Position numbers and translations under genes: made by a program. Of a DNA stretch of 64,000 nucleotides, positions 44,271 to 53,728 are shown in pieces. The stretch comes from Terriglobia bacterium. GTDB taxonomy: Bacteria > Acidobacteriota > Terriglobia > Acidiferrales > UBA7541. The notes under the pieces are model-generated. The model was not told where the DNA came from and made no database searches. It saw only the letters and a program-made list of their open reading frames with translations. Numbering within the stretch: position 1 is the first letter of the stretch; each line of letters begins with the position of its first letter. The stretch spans positions 2,528,001 through 2,592,000 of the forward strand of contig OY968796.1 in assembly GCA_963695545.1 (NCBI GenBank), given 5' to 3'.

Positions 44271-46756
44271 GCGTGCGACCTCGCAACAGCGTCGCTTGCT
44301 GCGGCGCCGAGGCGGCTCAGAATCGCCAGCGCGGCTTCTTTGGCTTTTTCGCCGCGCTCACCGGCGGGGCCGACGCAGGATGGGCAGCCGGCTTCGCACT
44401 CGCAGCTTTCGATCAGCGCGCGGGTTCGCGCTAGCAGTAAATCGCAGGCGCGAAACAACGGCTCGGAGAAGCCGATGCCGCCGGGATAGGCGTCGTAGAG
44501 AAATAGATTGGGCTCGAAAAATTCCGTGTCTGCCATCGCGCTGGGCGCGAGATCGCTTAACACATCGGCCGCAGCCGCTGATGCGCGTGTGGCGAACTCG
44601 TCCGACACGTCTTCGTCCGCACCAGGCTCTCGATCGTGGCCGGGCGGCGGAGACTTTTCACCGATGGCCGTGCCGAGATCGCGCCGATCGCACATCAGCA
44701 ACAGCGTGGCGACCGATTCGAGCGCATAGAGCAGGCCGAGCATTCCGCTTTGCCGCTCGCGGATGGGGAAGGGAAGCGAATCCACCAGCGCGCGCTCGAG
44801 CGTGAGCCAGAACGCGGTGGTGTGCATTTCGTTTTCGGGCAATTCGAGTTTTCCTGCGCCGACATTTTCGTTGGTGAAGAATTTGATTTTCTTGAAGCCC
44901 ACCACTTGCGAGCGTACTTGCACATCGCCGTGGGAACGCGTGGCGTCAAGGTCGGCGCCGGAACTGGGATCGGTCATGCGCGCTTCGGCGGCCGATTCGA
45001 GCACGCGCACTTGCGTATAGCGAATCGCATCGGTGTAGTAATCGGCGTCCACGCGGCGGACGTAGGCTTTGCGCTCGTCGAAATCGAGGCGATCGACGTG
45101 ATACTGCTGGCCTTGATGCAGATAGATGGCTTTGGGATGAACGGTGGCGAGCGCGCTCGGAAAATCCACTTCGCCGATCACTTCGGTTTCGCCGGTGGTA
45201 TCCACGATCACAAAATTGTCCGAGCTGACGGAACGCAGGCTGACGGTGTCGGCTGGATACGCGTCGCTTGACCAATGCCAGTGCTCGCCGGAGCGATGAA
45301 GGAAGCCGGCCTGCTCGAGCCGATCGCAGAGAGCGGCGAGATCGACGCCGCCGAAATGTTCGTCAGGCGAGAGCGGCAACTCAAACGCCGCGCATTTCAA
45401 ATGATTCACCAATATTTCCAAATTGTCGGGTTGAACGTAAGCGTGCTCCGGCGGACGGCCGAAGAAATAATCAGGATGCTTCACGATGAATTGGTCGAGC
45501 GGCGCCGACGAGGCGACGAGTACGGCGCACGAACTTCCTTTCCGCCGGCCCGCGCGCCCGGCGCGCTGCCAGGTGGAGGCGATGGTGCCGGCGTAGCCCG
45601 CCATCACCGCGGCGTCAAGCGAGCCGACGTCAATGCCCAACTCGAGCGCGCTGGTAGAGACCACGCCGCGAATGCGGCCATCGCGCAGGCCGCGTTCGAT
45701 CTCGCGCCGTTCGCCGGGCAAATAGCCGCCGCGGTAACCGCGAATCGGTTCGGCCTGGGCCACGCCAGCGGGATTGGCGTGCTTCAAATACGTGAGCAAA
45801 ATTTCCGTGTGCAGGCGGCTATTCGCGAAGACGATGGTCTGCAAGCCGCGCTTCAGAAATTCCTGGGCCACGCGCGAAGATTCGTTGATGTAACTGCGGC
45901 GAATTCCGAGATGGCGATTGATCACCGGCGGATTGTAGAACACGAAAGTTTTTGCGGCGGCCGGCGCGCCATTTTCTTCGATGCCCTCAAACGGCGATTC
46001 CGTGAGGCGCGCGGCCAAATCCACCGGATTCGCGATGGTGGCCGACGAGGCGATGAATTGCAGTTCCGAGCCGTAGAAGCGCGCGATGCGCTTCAGGCGG
46101 CGCAGCACGTTAGCCAAATGACTGCCGAAAACGCCGCGGTAGGTGTGCAGTTCGTCGAGCACAACGTAGCGCAAATTCTCAAACAGGCGCGTCCACTTGG
46201 TGTGGTGCGGCAGGATGCCGGTATGCAGCATGTCGGGATTCGAGAGCACGATGTGGCCGCGCTCGCGAATCGCGCGGCGCGCGTCGGAGGGCGTGTCGCC
46301 ATCGTAGGTGAAAACGCCGAAGCGGTCTTCAAGACGCGCGGCGAGATCGTGCAGCTCGGCGAGTTGATCTTGCGCGAGGGCTTTGGTGGGAAAAAGATAG
46401 AGCGCGCGCGTGTCTGGATTCTCGAGGACCGCATTGAGCACCGGCAAGTTGTAGCAGATGGTTTTGCCGGAGGCTGTGGGCGTGACGACGACGACATTTT
46501 TTCCGTTGTGCACGGCCTCGGCGGCCGCGGCCTGATGCGAATAAAGCTGGGCGATGCCTTTCGCGGCATACGCGGCGACCAATTCCTTGCGCACCCATTG
46601 CGGCATGGGCGCGAATCGCGCCTCGCGCGCAGGGATTTGGCGCACGGCGGTGAGGACTTCGCCGGAGCGATCGCGCTCGGCCAGCGACGCGACAATTTCT
46701 TCTACGGTCGCCAGCGAATCCGTTTTTGCGGCGCGCACGGCGAGCGAATTACGCAC
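44267..46756 (-). CDS. DEAH-box helicase with DUF1998 Zn domain (YprA/MrfA/SftH family)
   Basis: TPTASGKT, FPTKALAQDQ, DELH, SATIAN, ELGIDVG, QRAGRAGR, YDAYPGGIG and CECEAGCPSC; GTG start behind AGGAGG. Confidence 0.92.
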   Translation of the reverse strand: MRNSLAVRAAKTDSLATVEEIVASLAERDRSGEVLTAVRQIPAREARFAPMPQWVRKELVAAYAAKGIAQLYSHQAAAAEAVHNGKNVVVVTPTASGKTICYNLPVLNAVLENPDTRALYLFPTKALAQDQLAELHDLAARLEDRFGVFTYDGDTPSDARRAIRERGHIVLSNPDMLHTGILPHHTKWTRLFENLRYVVLDELHTYRGVFGSHLANVLRRLKRIARFYGSELQFIASSATIANPVDLAARLTESPFEGIEENGAPAAAKTFVFYNPPVINRHLGIRRSYINESSRVAQEFLKRGLQTIVFANSRLHTEILLTYLKHANPAGVAQAEPIRGYRGGYLPGERREIERGLRDGRIRGVVSTSALELGIDVGSLDAAVMAGYAGTIASTWQRAGRAGRRKGSSCAVLVASSAPLDQFIVKHPDYFFGRPPEHAYVQPDNLEILVNHLKCAAFELPLSPDEHFGGVDLAALCDRLEQAGFLHRSGEHWHWSSDAYPADTVSLRSVSSDNFVIVDTTGETEVIGEVDFPSALATVHPKAIYLHQGQQYHVDRLDFDERKAYVRRVDADYYTDAIRYTQVRVLESAAEARMTDPSSGADLDATRSHGDVQVRSQVVGFKKIKFFTNENVGAGKLELPENEMHTTAFWLTLERALVDSLPFPIRERQSGMLGLLYALESVATLLLMCDRRDLGTAIGEKSPPPGHDREPGADEDVSDEFATRASAAAADVLSDLAPSAMADTEFFEPNLFLYDAYPGGIGFSEPLFRACDLLLARTRALIESCECEAGCPSCVGPAGERGEKAKEAALAILSRLGAAASDAVARSHA

Positions 46757-46774
46757 AAAGCCTCCTGAGAAATG

Positions 46775-46822
46775 CTTCGCCCTTTGTTCGCCAACGGTAC
46801 CACGATGAAAACGCGCGAGCAA
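46775..46822 (-). promoter_or_regulatory. Helicase promoter with putative LexA (SOS) box
   Basis: TTGCTC-N17-TACCGT (46822-46794, extended -10), immediately followed by GAAC-N7-GAAG (46789-46775). Confidence 0.6.
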
Positions 46823-46858
46823 GTGCCATGGAATGCTGAGCTGTTGGGGGGGAGGGGG

Positions 46859-46958
46859 TACACCCCCGGTACTCAGTTTGTAATTCGATGTGGGCAAAGG
46901 ACTTACAGGAAAAGTGTGCACGAGCAGTTCGGAATCGAGTGAAAATAAATGGATTGCG
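46859..46958 (-). repeat. Two 29-bp quasi-palindromes plus TACCGGGGGTGTA end motif (copy 2)
   Basis: Units at 46930-958 and 46879-907 align with the copy-1 units; end motif lies 7 nt after the last unit, as in copy 1. Confidence 0.65.
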
Positions 46959-47068
46959 CAGAAAAAGGGAGCGGGGTGGTCTGAGAACAGACCAGCGCCA
47001 TTCGACGGGCAGTCCCGGGAAAAGCCGTGATGAGAACAATTCGAATTCTTTTTTGGAGTACACGAAGG

Positions 47069-47120
47069 AGGGTAGCATATTTATATATTACTGTCAATTA
47101 CTATTTGAGTATTCGAATGA
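47069..47120 (-). promoter_or_regulatory. Sigma70-like promoter heading array copy 2
   Basis: TTGACA(47097-92)-N17-TACCCT with TATGC before the -10; upstream TCATTCGAA and TACTCA boxes shared with copy 1. Confidence 0.6.
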
Positions 47121-47324
47121 ATATCCACAGGGCAGCTGCTAACTGGCTGAGGAGGAGGGGGATACGCGGGCGCGACGTGCATTCGGTTACGGAATTAGCC
47201 CGCGCGCCAAAGTCGTTGTTTCCGAGGCGGGAGATGCGTAGGATGCCCGTACGAGATTCGCAGATCGCAATTCCCGGTCCTATGAAATTGCCGGTATCCG
47301 CAGTTTGATCGATGGAGGAAGACC

Positions 47325-48614
47325 GTGACAACGTGGCTTAAACGCGTAACGTTCGCGATCTCATTATTGGTGGCGGCGACGCCCGCATTCGCGAGTCTTG
47401 CAGACATCGACACATCAAAGCTCCCGCAAACAGCGGCAGTCAAGCAAGCCTACAGTGACGCGCTGGCGATTGAGCCGATGGTGGAGCAGTGGAGCTCCAA
47501 TTGGAGCTACCCGACGCCGAAGCAAGACGTAGTGTCGCACCTGAACGCGGATCTGAGCGCGCTCGAAACCGCCGCCCAATCGGCGCCCGACAACGAGGAA
47601 ATTTTGCTGCTGACGGGGACCGTGGCGCACTACGCGTACAACGTGGACGTGGCGTCCGCCTCGCAGGTGGCGATCGACTCTTTCGAGAAAGCCGAGAAGC
47701 TCGCTCCCAACGACTATCGGCCCGGATGGTTTCTCGGGACTCATCAATGCCAATCCGCAGACGTCGTGGGTGGGATGAACGTGTTCCTGGATGTCGAACA
47801 GAAATTTCCGCAGAAGAGTCTGCCGGTGGATTTTTGGGATGACTATGTGTTTTGCACGGGCGTCTCGAACATGCCCGCGCATGCGCTGCGCGCGGCCGCA
47901 TACCTGAAAAGCGTGAACGCGCCGGATTCGCCGACGGTCGATACCGTGGTCACAGCGGCTCAGTCACGCATCCAGCCGCTCGATCTTTCCTCGACGATAC
48001 CGGCCGCAAATATTTGGCAGAGCGACCCTGCGGGTACGAATGCGGTGCTCACAAATTTCGCGTTCGGTTTTGCTTTTACGATTCCCGGAACCTGGCAGAT
48101 GAAACTTTCAGACGTGGCGCAAGGGACGACCATCGCGCAAATCGGAACCGGTCCGTATCAGGCGACCACCAGCCAGCTTTACCCGACGATCCTGATTGTT
48201 TCGCGGCAGGCGAAGAGCGGAGAAGCGCTCAGCGATTTTGCAAATCAATTCTTGCACGCGAGCCCCTTCAAATCGGTCAGCGCCGCAAATTGCCCGTTCA
48301 AAGGCTGCTTGGTTTTTGAAGCCGTGTCGCCGGGGACATACGGCGCAAATGGAGACGGAGACGCTTTTGCGGAGGTCTTCGAGGGCGATGCGCCGGAATT
48401 CACGGGGCTGCTTCTGGAAAGACCGGAAGGTCCGCCGACATCGACCGCGGGTGGCAGTCAGCCGACATTCTATCGGCCTCCCACGCGGTTAGCTCGTGCA
48501 AGCGGAACGCTCTATTACCTCGTGATGCTTGACACCGCGGGTTCGATACTCCCTCAAGCGCAAGCGGATTACGCGGCGTTTCTAAAAAGTTTGCAGGTGG
48601 AAGGAGCAAACTAG
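47325..48614 (+). CDS. Exported hypothetical protein with TPR-like N-terminal helices
   Basis: GGAGG RBS, signal peptide (AFA-S), TPR-like AIDSFEKAEKLAPND. Confidence 0.72.
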   Translation: MTTWLKRVTFAISLLVAATPAFASLADIDTSKLPQTAAVKQAYSDALAIEPMVEQWSSNWSYPTPKQDVVSHLNADLSALETAAQSAPDNEEILLLTGTVAHYAYNVDVASASQVAIDSFEKAEKLAPNDYRPGWFLGTHQCQSADVVGGMNVFLDVEQKFPQKSLPVDFWDDYVFCTGVSNMPAHALRAAAYLKSVNAPDSPTVDTVVTAAQSRIQPLDLSSTIPAANIWQSDPAGTNAVLTNFAFGFAFTIPGTWQMKLSDVAQGTTIAQIGTGPYQATTSQLYPTILIVSRQAKSGEALSDFANQFLHASPFKSVSAANCPFKGCLVFEAVSPGTYGANGDGDAFAEVFEGDAPEFTGLLLERPEGPPTSTAGGSQPTFYRPPTRLARASGTLYYLVMLDTAGSILPQAQADYAAFLKSLQVEGAN

Positions 48615-48662
48615 AGGCGCTGCCGCGATCCGAGCCTATCGGCGCCTTCGGGCCGCGGAAAA

Positions 48663-49334
48663 TTAAACATGCGATTCGGCGGTTTCGAGTTTTTCGGGTT
48701 GCGCGACGGCGCGGCCGGGAGCGCGCTTGCTGCGATTGATGATCCACACGACGAGACGATAGGCGAGCAGCAGGCCGACCAGCGTGCCGTAGAAAATCGG
48801 CTTGCGCTCGTCGGACTTCACAAGCCAGGCGTAGTGAATCACGCCGAGAATTGCGATCACGTAGATCAACCGATGCAGCTTTTGCCAGCGCTTGCCGCCG
48901 AGGCGCCTGATCCAGCCGGCAGTGGACGTGACGGCGAGCGGAATCATCAGCACGAAGGCGGAAAATCCGACGGTGATGAAGCGGCGCTTCAAAACGTCGG
49001 CCCACATTTCCGACCAGTTGAAATAATGGTCAAGCACAACCCAGGTGGAAAAATGCAGGAAGACGTAGAAGAACGCGTAGAGGCCGACCATGCGCCGGAA
49101 GCGAATCAGGTTCGGCAGATGCAGAATCTTGCGCAGCGGCGTGATGGCCAGTGTGATGATCACGAAGCGGATGGTCCAATCGCCGGTGCGATGGGTGATG
49201 AACGCGACTGGATCAGCCTGGGCCGTGGGATCGTGCGTGACGTTCCAGACGATAAAGCCGACGGGCGCGAGACACAGCAGAAAGACGAAGACCTTGGTCC
49301 ATTTGCTGGTGAGAATGGAATTCAAGAAGCTCAC
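48663..49334 (-). CDS. msrQ: Protein-methionine-sulfoxide reductase heme-binding subunit
   Basis: TGDW, LAITPLR, RRMVGLYAFFY..LH and WQKLHRLIY...HY. Confidence 0.92.
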   Translation of the reverse strand: MSFLNSILTSKWTKVFVFLLCLAPVGFIVWNVTHDPTAQADPVAFITHRTGDWTIRFVIITLAITPLRKILHLPNLIRFRRMVGLYAFFYVFLHFSTWVVLDHYFNWSEMWADVLKRRFITVGFSAFVLMIPLAVTSTAGWIRRLGGKRWQKLHRLIYVIAILGVIHYAWLVKSDERKPIFYGTLVGLLLAYRLVVWIINRSKRAPGRAVAQPEKLETAESHV

Positions 49335-49352
49335 GCCGGAGAACTCCTTCGC

Positions 49353-50327
49353 TTAGAAATTCGCTCGTAGGTCCATGCCGTTATACATGCTGGCCACCTG
49401 ATCGCCGTAGCCATTGAACATCTGCGTGGGAATTCGCGGAGCGAAAAAGCTGCCGCCCAAGCGGCGTTCGGTTTTCTGGCTCCATCGCGGATGATCCACG
49501 TTGGGATTCACATTGGAATAGAAGCCGTACTCGTGCGCGTTCTCGAGATTCCAGCTGGTGGGCGGCTGGTCCTTGACGAACGAAATTTTCACCACCGACT
49601 TGGCGCTCTTGAAACCGTATTTCCACGGCAACACGATGCGCACGGGCGCGCCATCCTGATTGGGCAGAGTTTCGCCGTACATTCCGAAGGTGAGAAGCGC
49701 GAGCGGATTCATGGCCTCGTCGAGGCGCAGGCCTTCGAGATACGGCAGTTGAATTCCGGCATACGGGCCGCGCGGCATTTGTTTCTGATCGTAATAGCTT
49801 TGGAACGCCACCCACTTTGCTTTGGGCGTCGGCTGGACCAGCTTGGCAATGTTGTTCAGCGGATAGCCGATCCAGGGCACGACGATCGACCAGCCTTCGA
49901 CGCAGCGGTGGCGATAAATGCGCTCTTCGAGCGGCGCGGCTTTCATCAGATCGTCGAGCGTGAACGTACGCGGCTTGGCGACTTCGCCATCGACGCGGAC
50001 GCTCCAGCCCGAGGTGTTGAAATTCTGGGCGTTGTTCGAGGGATCGCTTTTGTCCGTGCCAAATTCGTAGAAGTTGTTGTAGGTGGTGACGATTTTTTCC
50101 GGTGTCTGCGCTTCCGTGGTGCTGTAGGGCCACTTGGTGAAGCCGCTGATCGGCTTGGTGCTGGCGGCCTCGACGCTCGCTGGCGCCGCGAGAGCTTCGA
50201 TGCCTTTCCACGTGGCGGCCGCGCCGGTGGCGGCGAGCATTCCGGCCAGGAATTTTCGCCGCGCCATGTAGACGTTCTTGGGTGTCACATCGGCATGAGT
50301 CAATTCCTGCTCGGGCTTAGTCGGCAT
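49353..50327 (-). CDS. msrP: Protein-methionine-sulfoxide reductase catalytic molybdopterin subunit
   Basis: Tat RRKFL, YNNFYEFGTDK, HRCVEGWS, PWKYGFKS and NVNPNVDHPRWSQ. Confidence 0.95.
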   Translation of the reverse strand: MPTKPEQELTHADVTPKNVYMARRKFLAGMLAATGAAATWKGIEALAAPASVEAASTKPISGFTKWPYSTTEAQTPEKIVTTYNNFYEFGTDKSDPSNNAQNFNTSGWSVRVDGEVAKPRTFTLDDLMKAAPLEERIYRHRCVEGWSIVVPWIGYPLNNIAKLVQPTPKAKWVAFQSYYDQKQMPRGPYAGIQLPYLEGLRLDEAMNPLALLTFGMYGETLPNQDGAPVRIVLPWKYGFKSAKSVVKISFVKDQPPTSWNLENAHEYGFYSNVNPNVDHPRWSQKTERRLGGSFFAPRIPTQMFNGYGDQVASMYNGMDLRANF

Positions 50328-50439
50328 GTGGGTTCCCCCAGGCGCGGGTGTCCGCTCGGATAGGCTGCGAACCGCTCCACTCGATGATACGCGGACTCGC
50401 GCGAATCGGATGAGCAAAATCTAACTGACGCGGGCGGTT

Positions 50440-52755
50440 TCAGTAATGGAAGCGGTAGCGGAACTCGACGTAGATTTGCCGAGGATCGTTGAAATGGAAG
50501 CCGCCGAAGGTGAGGCTGTTGTCGAGCAACACGCGGCGATTGGAGACGTTGAGCCCGGTGATCGAGATCGTATATTTTTCTCGAAACTGCTTGCCGAGCG
50601 AAAGATCGACCGAGGTGTGCGCCGGCAGATAGTCGCCGGGATACTGCGCGCCCGGCGTGCCGTTTGTGAATCCCGAGCCGTAATACACATTCGTCGAAGC
50701 GAACGTGTGCCAGGGCAAGGTGGCGTCGAAGCCCACGTTCAGCGTGTCTCGCTGGTCGTGATCGACGGGCTGATAGATGTCCGGCACGAGCACGGGGCAA
50801 TCCGAGGCCGGCGGATTGCCGCAGATCAAGCCTCCGGTGATCGGACCACGTGCCTGCGCGATTTGATTTGCGTAGGCCATGTGGAACTGGCCGCGATTCC
50901 AGAGGCGCGGGGAGCGCAGCGTGAATTCCCAAGTCTGAATTAGCGCAGCCTGCCAGGTGATCGGCCAGAATAGATTCGATTCTCCAATGTTGTTGTGATC
51001 GAGCCAATTCGACGCGTTGGTTTGAAACGTGTCCGCGTCGAGACTCCAGCGGCGAAAGGGAATGGTGACGCCGAATTGGTGCTCTTGGTCGCGCTCGCCA
51101 TGAAGAGGGGCAAACGCGGCGTTCTGGCCGACCGCGACGGAGATCAGTTGACCCGTGGCTGTCGAGAGCGGCGGGGCCTGATAGAAATCTCCGTAGAAAG
51201 CGTGAAAGACCCAATTGATGCGCGGGATTCGGAAGGCCACGCCGACGCGGGGATCGGTGGCGCTCTCCTCGACCGCCGCCTGAGATCCCAGCGCGGGCGA
51301 ATTAAAGTTCGATTGACGCAGGCCGCCGATGATGGTCAGCCACGAAGTCGGTTTGAATTTGTCGGTGATGAACTCTTCCCAGAGGCCGCCGGTCAAATCG
51401 GCCAACGAGTACGGAGGAGTGGGATTGGGAGTGCCGTCGGTGAAAACGTTGCTGTAATAGTTGTTTTGGTTCTGCCCGAATCCGTACATGCCGACCTCGA
51501 GGTCGTTTTTCGCGACGTGCGCGTTCACGGCGGCCTGCAGGCCCGCGTAATTGGCTTTCTGATTCACGTTGGTGACGACCGGAAAATCGTTCGGCGATCC
51601 GAGGTAGTCGGCCTTGTTGTAGTGATAGAAGGGCGAAACCGTGAGCACCAGATTCGGATTGAATGTGTGCACCCAGGTGGCGGCCAGGTAAGCGTCGGTC
51701 TCGCGCTCGTCATCGCGAAGCTGGTTCGTGTCGTACACCAAATTTTCGTAGTCGTTCGGGTCGGGATCGTAAGGAATCTGGTAAAAATCCTGCCGCGCGG
51801 AAGCCACCAGGCGAAGTTGATTTTTGGGATCGGCATTGAAGATCAGCGATACGAACGCTCCGCCGCCGTTTTCGGCGTCGTGAAACACCTGGCCGATGGG
51901 CGTTTGCAGCCCGTAATTGCTGCGATTTCCGTTGACGCTCGCGTAATAAGCGAAGCGCTCGGTGTGGCTTCCGAAATTGAGTTGATCGTTGGTTTGATAC
52001 CAGTTCCCGAAAGTGGTGACGAGTTCGCCCTCGGAGTTGCTCTCGAATCCGTTGCGCGGCACGATGTTGAGAATTCCGTAGGTGCGATCGCCCTCGTCGG
52101 CGTCGTAGCTGCCGCGCTGGATTTCGAGATAGTCGATGTCCTTCGGGTCGATCACTGGGCCCAAATTCGAGGCGATGTTCGTGTTGGGGATGGGCACGCC
52201 GTCGATCAGCCAATCGACTTGGTGGCCGCCGCGCATGTGCAGCATGTCGTGCGTCACATAGGAGGCCGGCGCGTAATCCGTGATCATTTCGAGTCCGTTG
52301 GAGCGATCGGCGCCGGGAGTTTCGGCGATGTCTTCACGATCCACCAGCGTCGTGGGCGTGACGGTCTGCACGCTGGCCGTCGCGGCCTCGCCGGTGACGG
52401 TGGCCGTCTGATTGACCGAGGCGATGTTCAAAGGAAAATGGAGAATCGGCGATGAGGCCGAGGCGACCGTGAGCGTCTCGGTGGCAGTTTCAAAGCCGGA
52501 TTGGCTGGCGGTCACTTTGTAGTCGCCGAGCGGTACGGGATTGAACGTGAACTCGCCGTTCTGATCGGTCGTGGTCGTGAGCGCGTAGCTCGACGTCGCG
52601 GATTGCAGGACCACTTTCGCGCCGGAGATCGGCCGGTGCTGCGGATCGTGCACGATGCCGCGCACGGCTCCGAAAATATCCGCGCGCGAAATCACGGCAC
52701 CGGTCGACACCAACACCACGAGCAGCAACGCGAAAATGAAACATCGCCTGAACAT
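50440..52755 (-). CDS. TonB-dependent outer-membrane receptor with carboxypeptidase-regulatory-like N domain
   Basis: Signal peptide; G.V.D....I.GA.V domain; plug IDGVPI...EIQRGSYDA with HDMLHM; C-terminal aromatic beta strand YVEFRYRFHY. Confidence 0.88.
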   Translation of the reverse strand: MFRRCFIFALLLVVLVSTGAVISRADIFGAVRGIVHDPQHRPISGAKVVLQSATSSYALTTTTDQNGEFTFNPVPLGDYKVTASQSGFETATETLTVASASSPILHFPLNIASVNQTATVTGEAATASVQTVTPTTLVDREDIAETPGADRSNGLEMITDYAPASYVTHDMLHMRGGHQVDWLIDGVPIPNTNIASNLGPVIDPKDIDYLEIQRGSYDADEGDRTYGILNIVPRNGFESNSEGELVTTFGNWYQTNDQLNFGSHTERFAYYASVNGNRSNYGLQTPIGQVFHDAENGGGAFVSLIFNADPKNQLRLVASARQDFYQIPYDPDPNDYENLVYDTNQLRDDERETDAYLAATWVHTFNPNLVLTVSPFYHYNKADYLGSPNDFPVVTNVNQKANYAGLQAAVNAHVAKNDLEVGMYGFGQNQNNYYSNVFTDGTPNPTPPYSLADLTGGLWEEFITDKFKPTSWLTIIGGLRQSNFNSPALGSQAAVEESATDPRVGVAFRIPRINWVFHAFYGDFYQAPPLSTATGQLISVAVGQNAAFAPLHGERDQEHQFGVTIPFRRWSLDADTFQTNASNWLDHNNIGESNLFWPITWQAALIQTWEFTLRSPRLWNRGQFHMAYANQIAQARGPITGGLICGNPPASDCPVLVPDIYQPVDHDQRDTLNVGFDATLPWHTFASTNVYYGSGFTNGTPGAQYPGDYLPAHTSVDLSLGKQFREKYTISITGLNVSNRRVLLDNSLTFGGFHFNDPRQIYVEFRYRFHY

Positions 52756-52863
52756 CTCGTACCTCACCGATGGAAAAGTGCGACTGCACGCCTCCGGCCC
52801 CGCGGATAAACGGGCCGTGGCCATGTCGCGGAAACGTGCGAGCCGGCTAGGCTTGGAACGCGC

Positions 52864-53244
52864 TTAGGTGAGGAAGGGTCTGGGAGGCGGAGGCGTAACT
52901 TCGCGGGCGGCGCAGAGAAGGGAAGCGTCGCGTGGGGAAACTTCGAATGCGCGTATCGCGGGAGCCGAAATACCGCCGGGAGCGGACAGCACAAAAGGAG
53001 TGCCGCTGAGCGCGTGCGTGGTCTGCGGATGGCAACAATCCATGTTGCACGGACCGGCTTGATCGCGAGGGTGCGACGAGCACAGCGGCCGGCGGGACGA
53101 TTTTGCGGGGCGATGCATCGGGCAAAGATTCGATTGGCAGCACGCACAAGTCGCCGGCATGGCCAGCAGAGCGCCGGTCAGTGCCGGAATCGCGCCCATC
53201 ATGAGAGCGAAGAGCGCGAGAATCGCAATCGCTTTTTGTCGCAA
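52864..53244 (-). CDS. Cys-rich exported small protein with polyproline tail (DUF2946/CruR/CutF-like)
   Basis: Signal anchor, CACC, CPMH, C-x3-CC and C-terminal TPPPPRP; directly upstream of the TonB receptor. Confidence 0.65.
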   Translation of the reverse strand: MRQKAIAILALFALMMGAIPALTGALLAMPATCACCQSNLCPMHRPAKSSRRPLCSSHPRDQAGPCNMDCCHPQTTHALSGTPFVLSAPGGISAPAIRAFEVSPRDASLLCAAREVTPPPPRPFLT

Positions 53245-53379
53245 CTGGCTTTTTACTCCGTGCTTTCAGAATAGCATATCCGGGCGGGAAGTTTCAATTT
53301 CAATCAAATCTGATTCGGACGCGTCGCGACGAATCGGCGGTGCGCGTCGCGGAATCGCGATAGCGGCGCGAAACGCGCG

Positions 53380-53727
53380 TCATTTCGTGTGCAGATACGC
53401 GATCAGCGCGTCGAGATCTTCATCTTTCAACACGGGCCCGAATGGCGGCATCACGCCGCGGCCGTTGACGATCGTCGCGCGCACTTGCGCGTCGGTGGCC
53501 GGCGCGCCGCTCGGAAGATTCTGCTTGCTGAACAGGCCGTCCAACTTCGGCGGTTGCGTCGGCAGCGGGACGCTGCTCAATTCGTGGCACGGCGCGCAGT
53601 TCGTTTCGTAGAGCGCCTTGCCGCGGGCGATCTCGGCGGCGTTTGAGTTCGCGTGCGAGCACGCTGTGGTGCCCAGCGCGGACAACATAGCCGCGATTAA
53701 GATGACGAGGCCAAATCCTCGGGCCAC
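53380..53727 (-). CDS. Monoheme cytochrome c (lipoprotein-like)
   Basis: CAPCH heme motif and G.GVMPPF distal Met; GTG start 1 nt after the upstream stop. Confidence 0.88.
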   Translation of the reverse strand: MARGFGLVILIAAMLSALGTTACSHANSNAAEIARGKALYETNCAPCHELSSVPLPTQPPKLDGLFSKQNLPSGAPATDAQVRATIVNGRGVMPPFGPVLKDEDLDALIAYLHTK

Positions 53728-53728
53728 T

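Noticed and set aside
44267..46756. DISARM/Druantia-type defence system suggested by DUF1998
   Set aside because: It is a single helicase-DUF1998 fusion paired with a YprB/MrfB exonuclease and an SOS-like box; there is no methylase, PLD nuclease or SNF2 partner.
45275..46768. Long antisense ORFs (for example 497 aa here, 486 aa at 50995-52455, 450 aa at 3168-4520)
   Set aside because: Shadow ORFs expected opposite GC3-rich genes; they carry no motifs.
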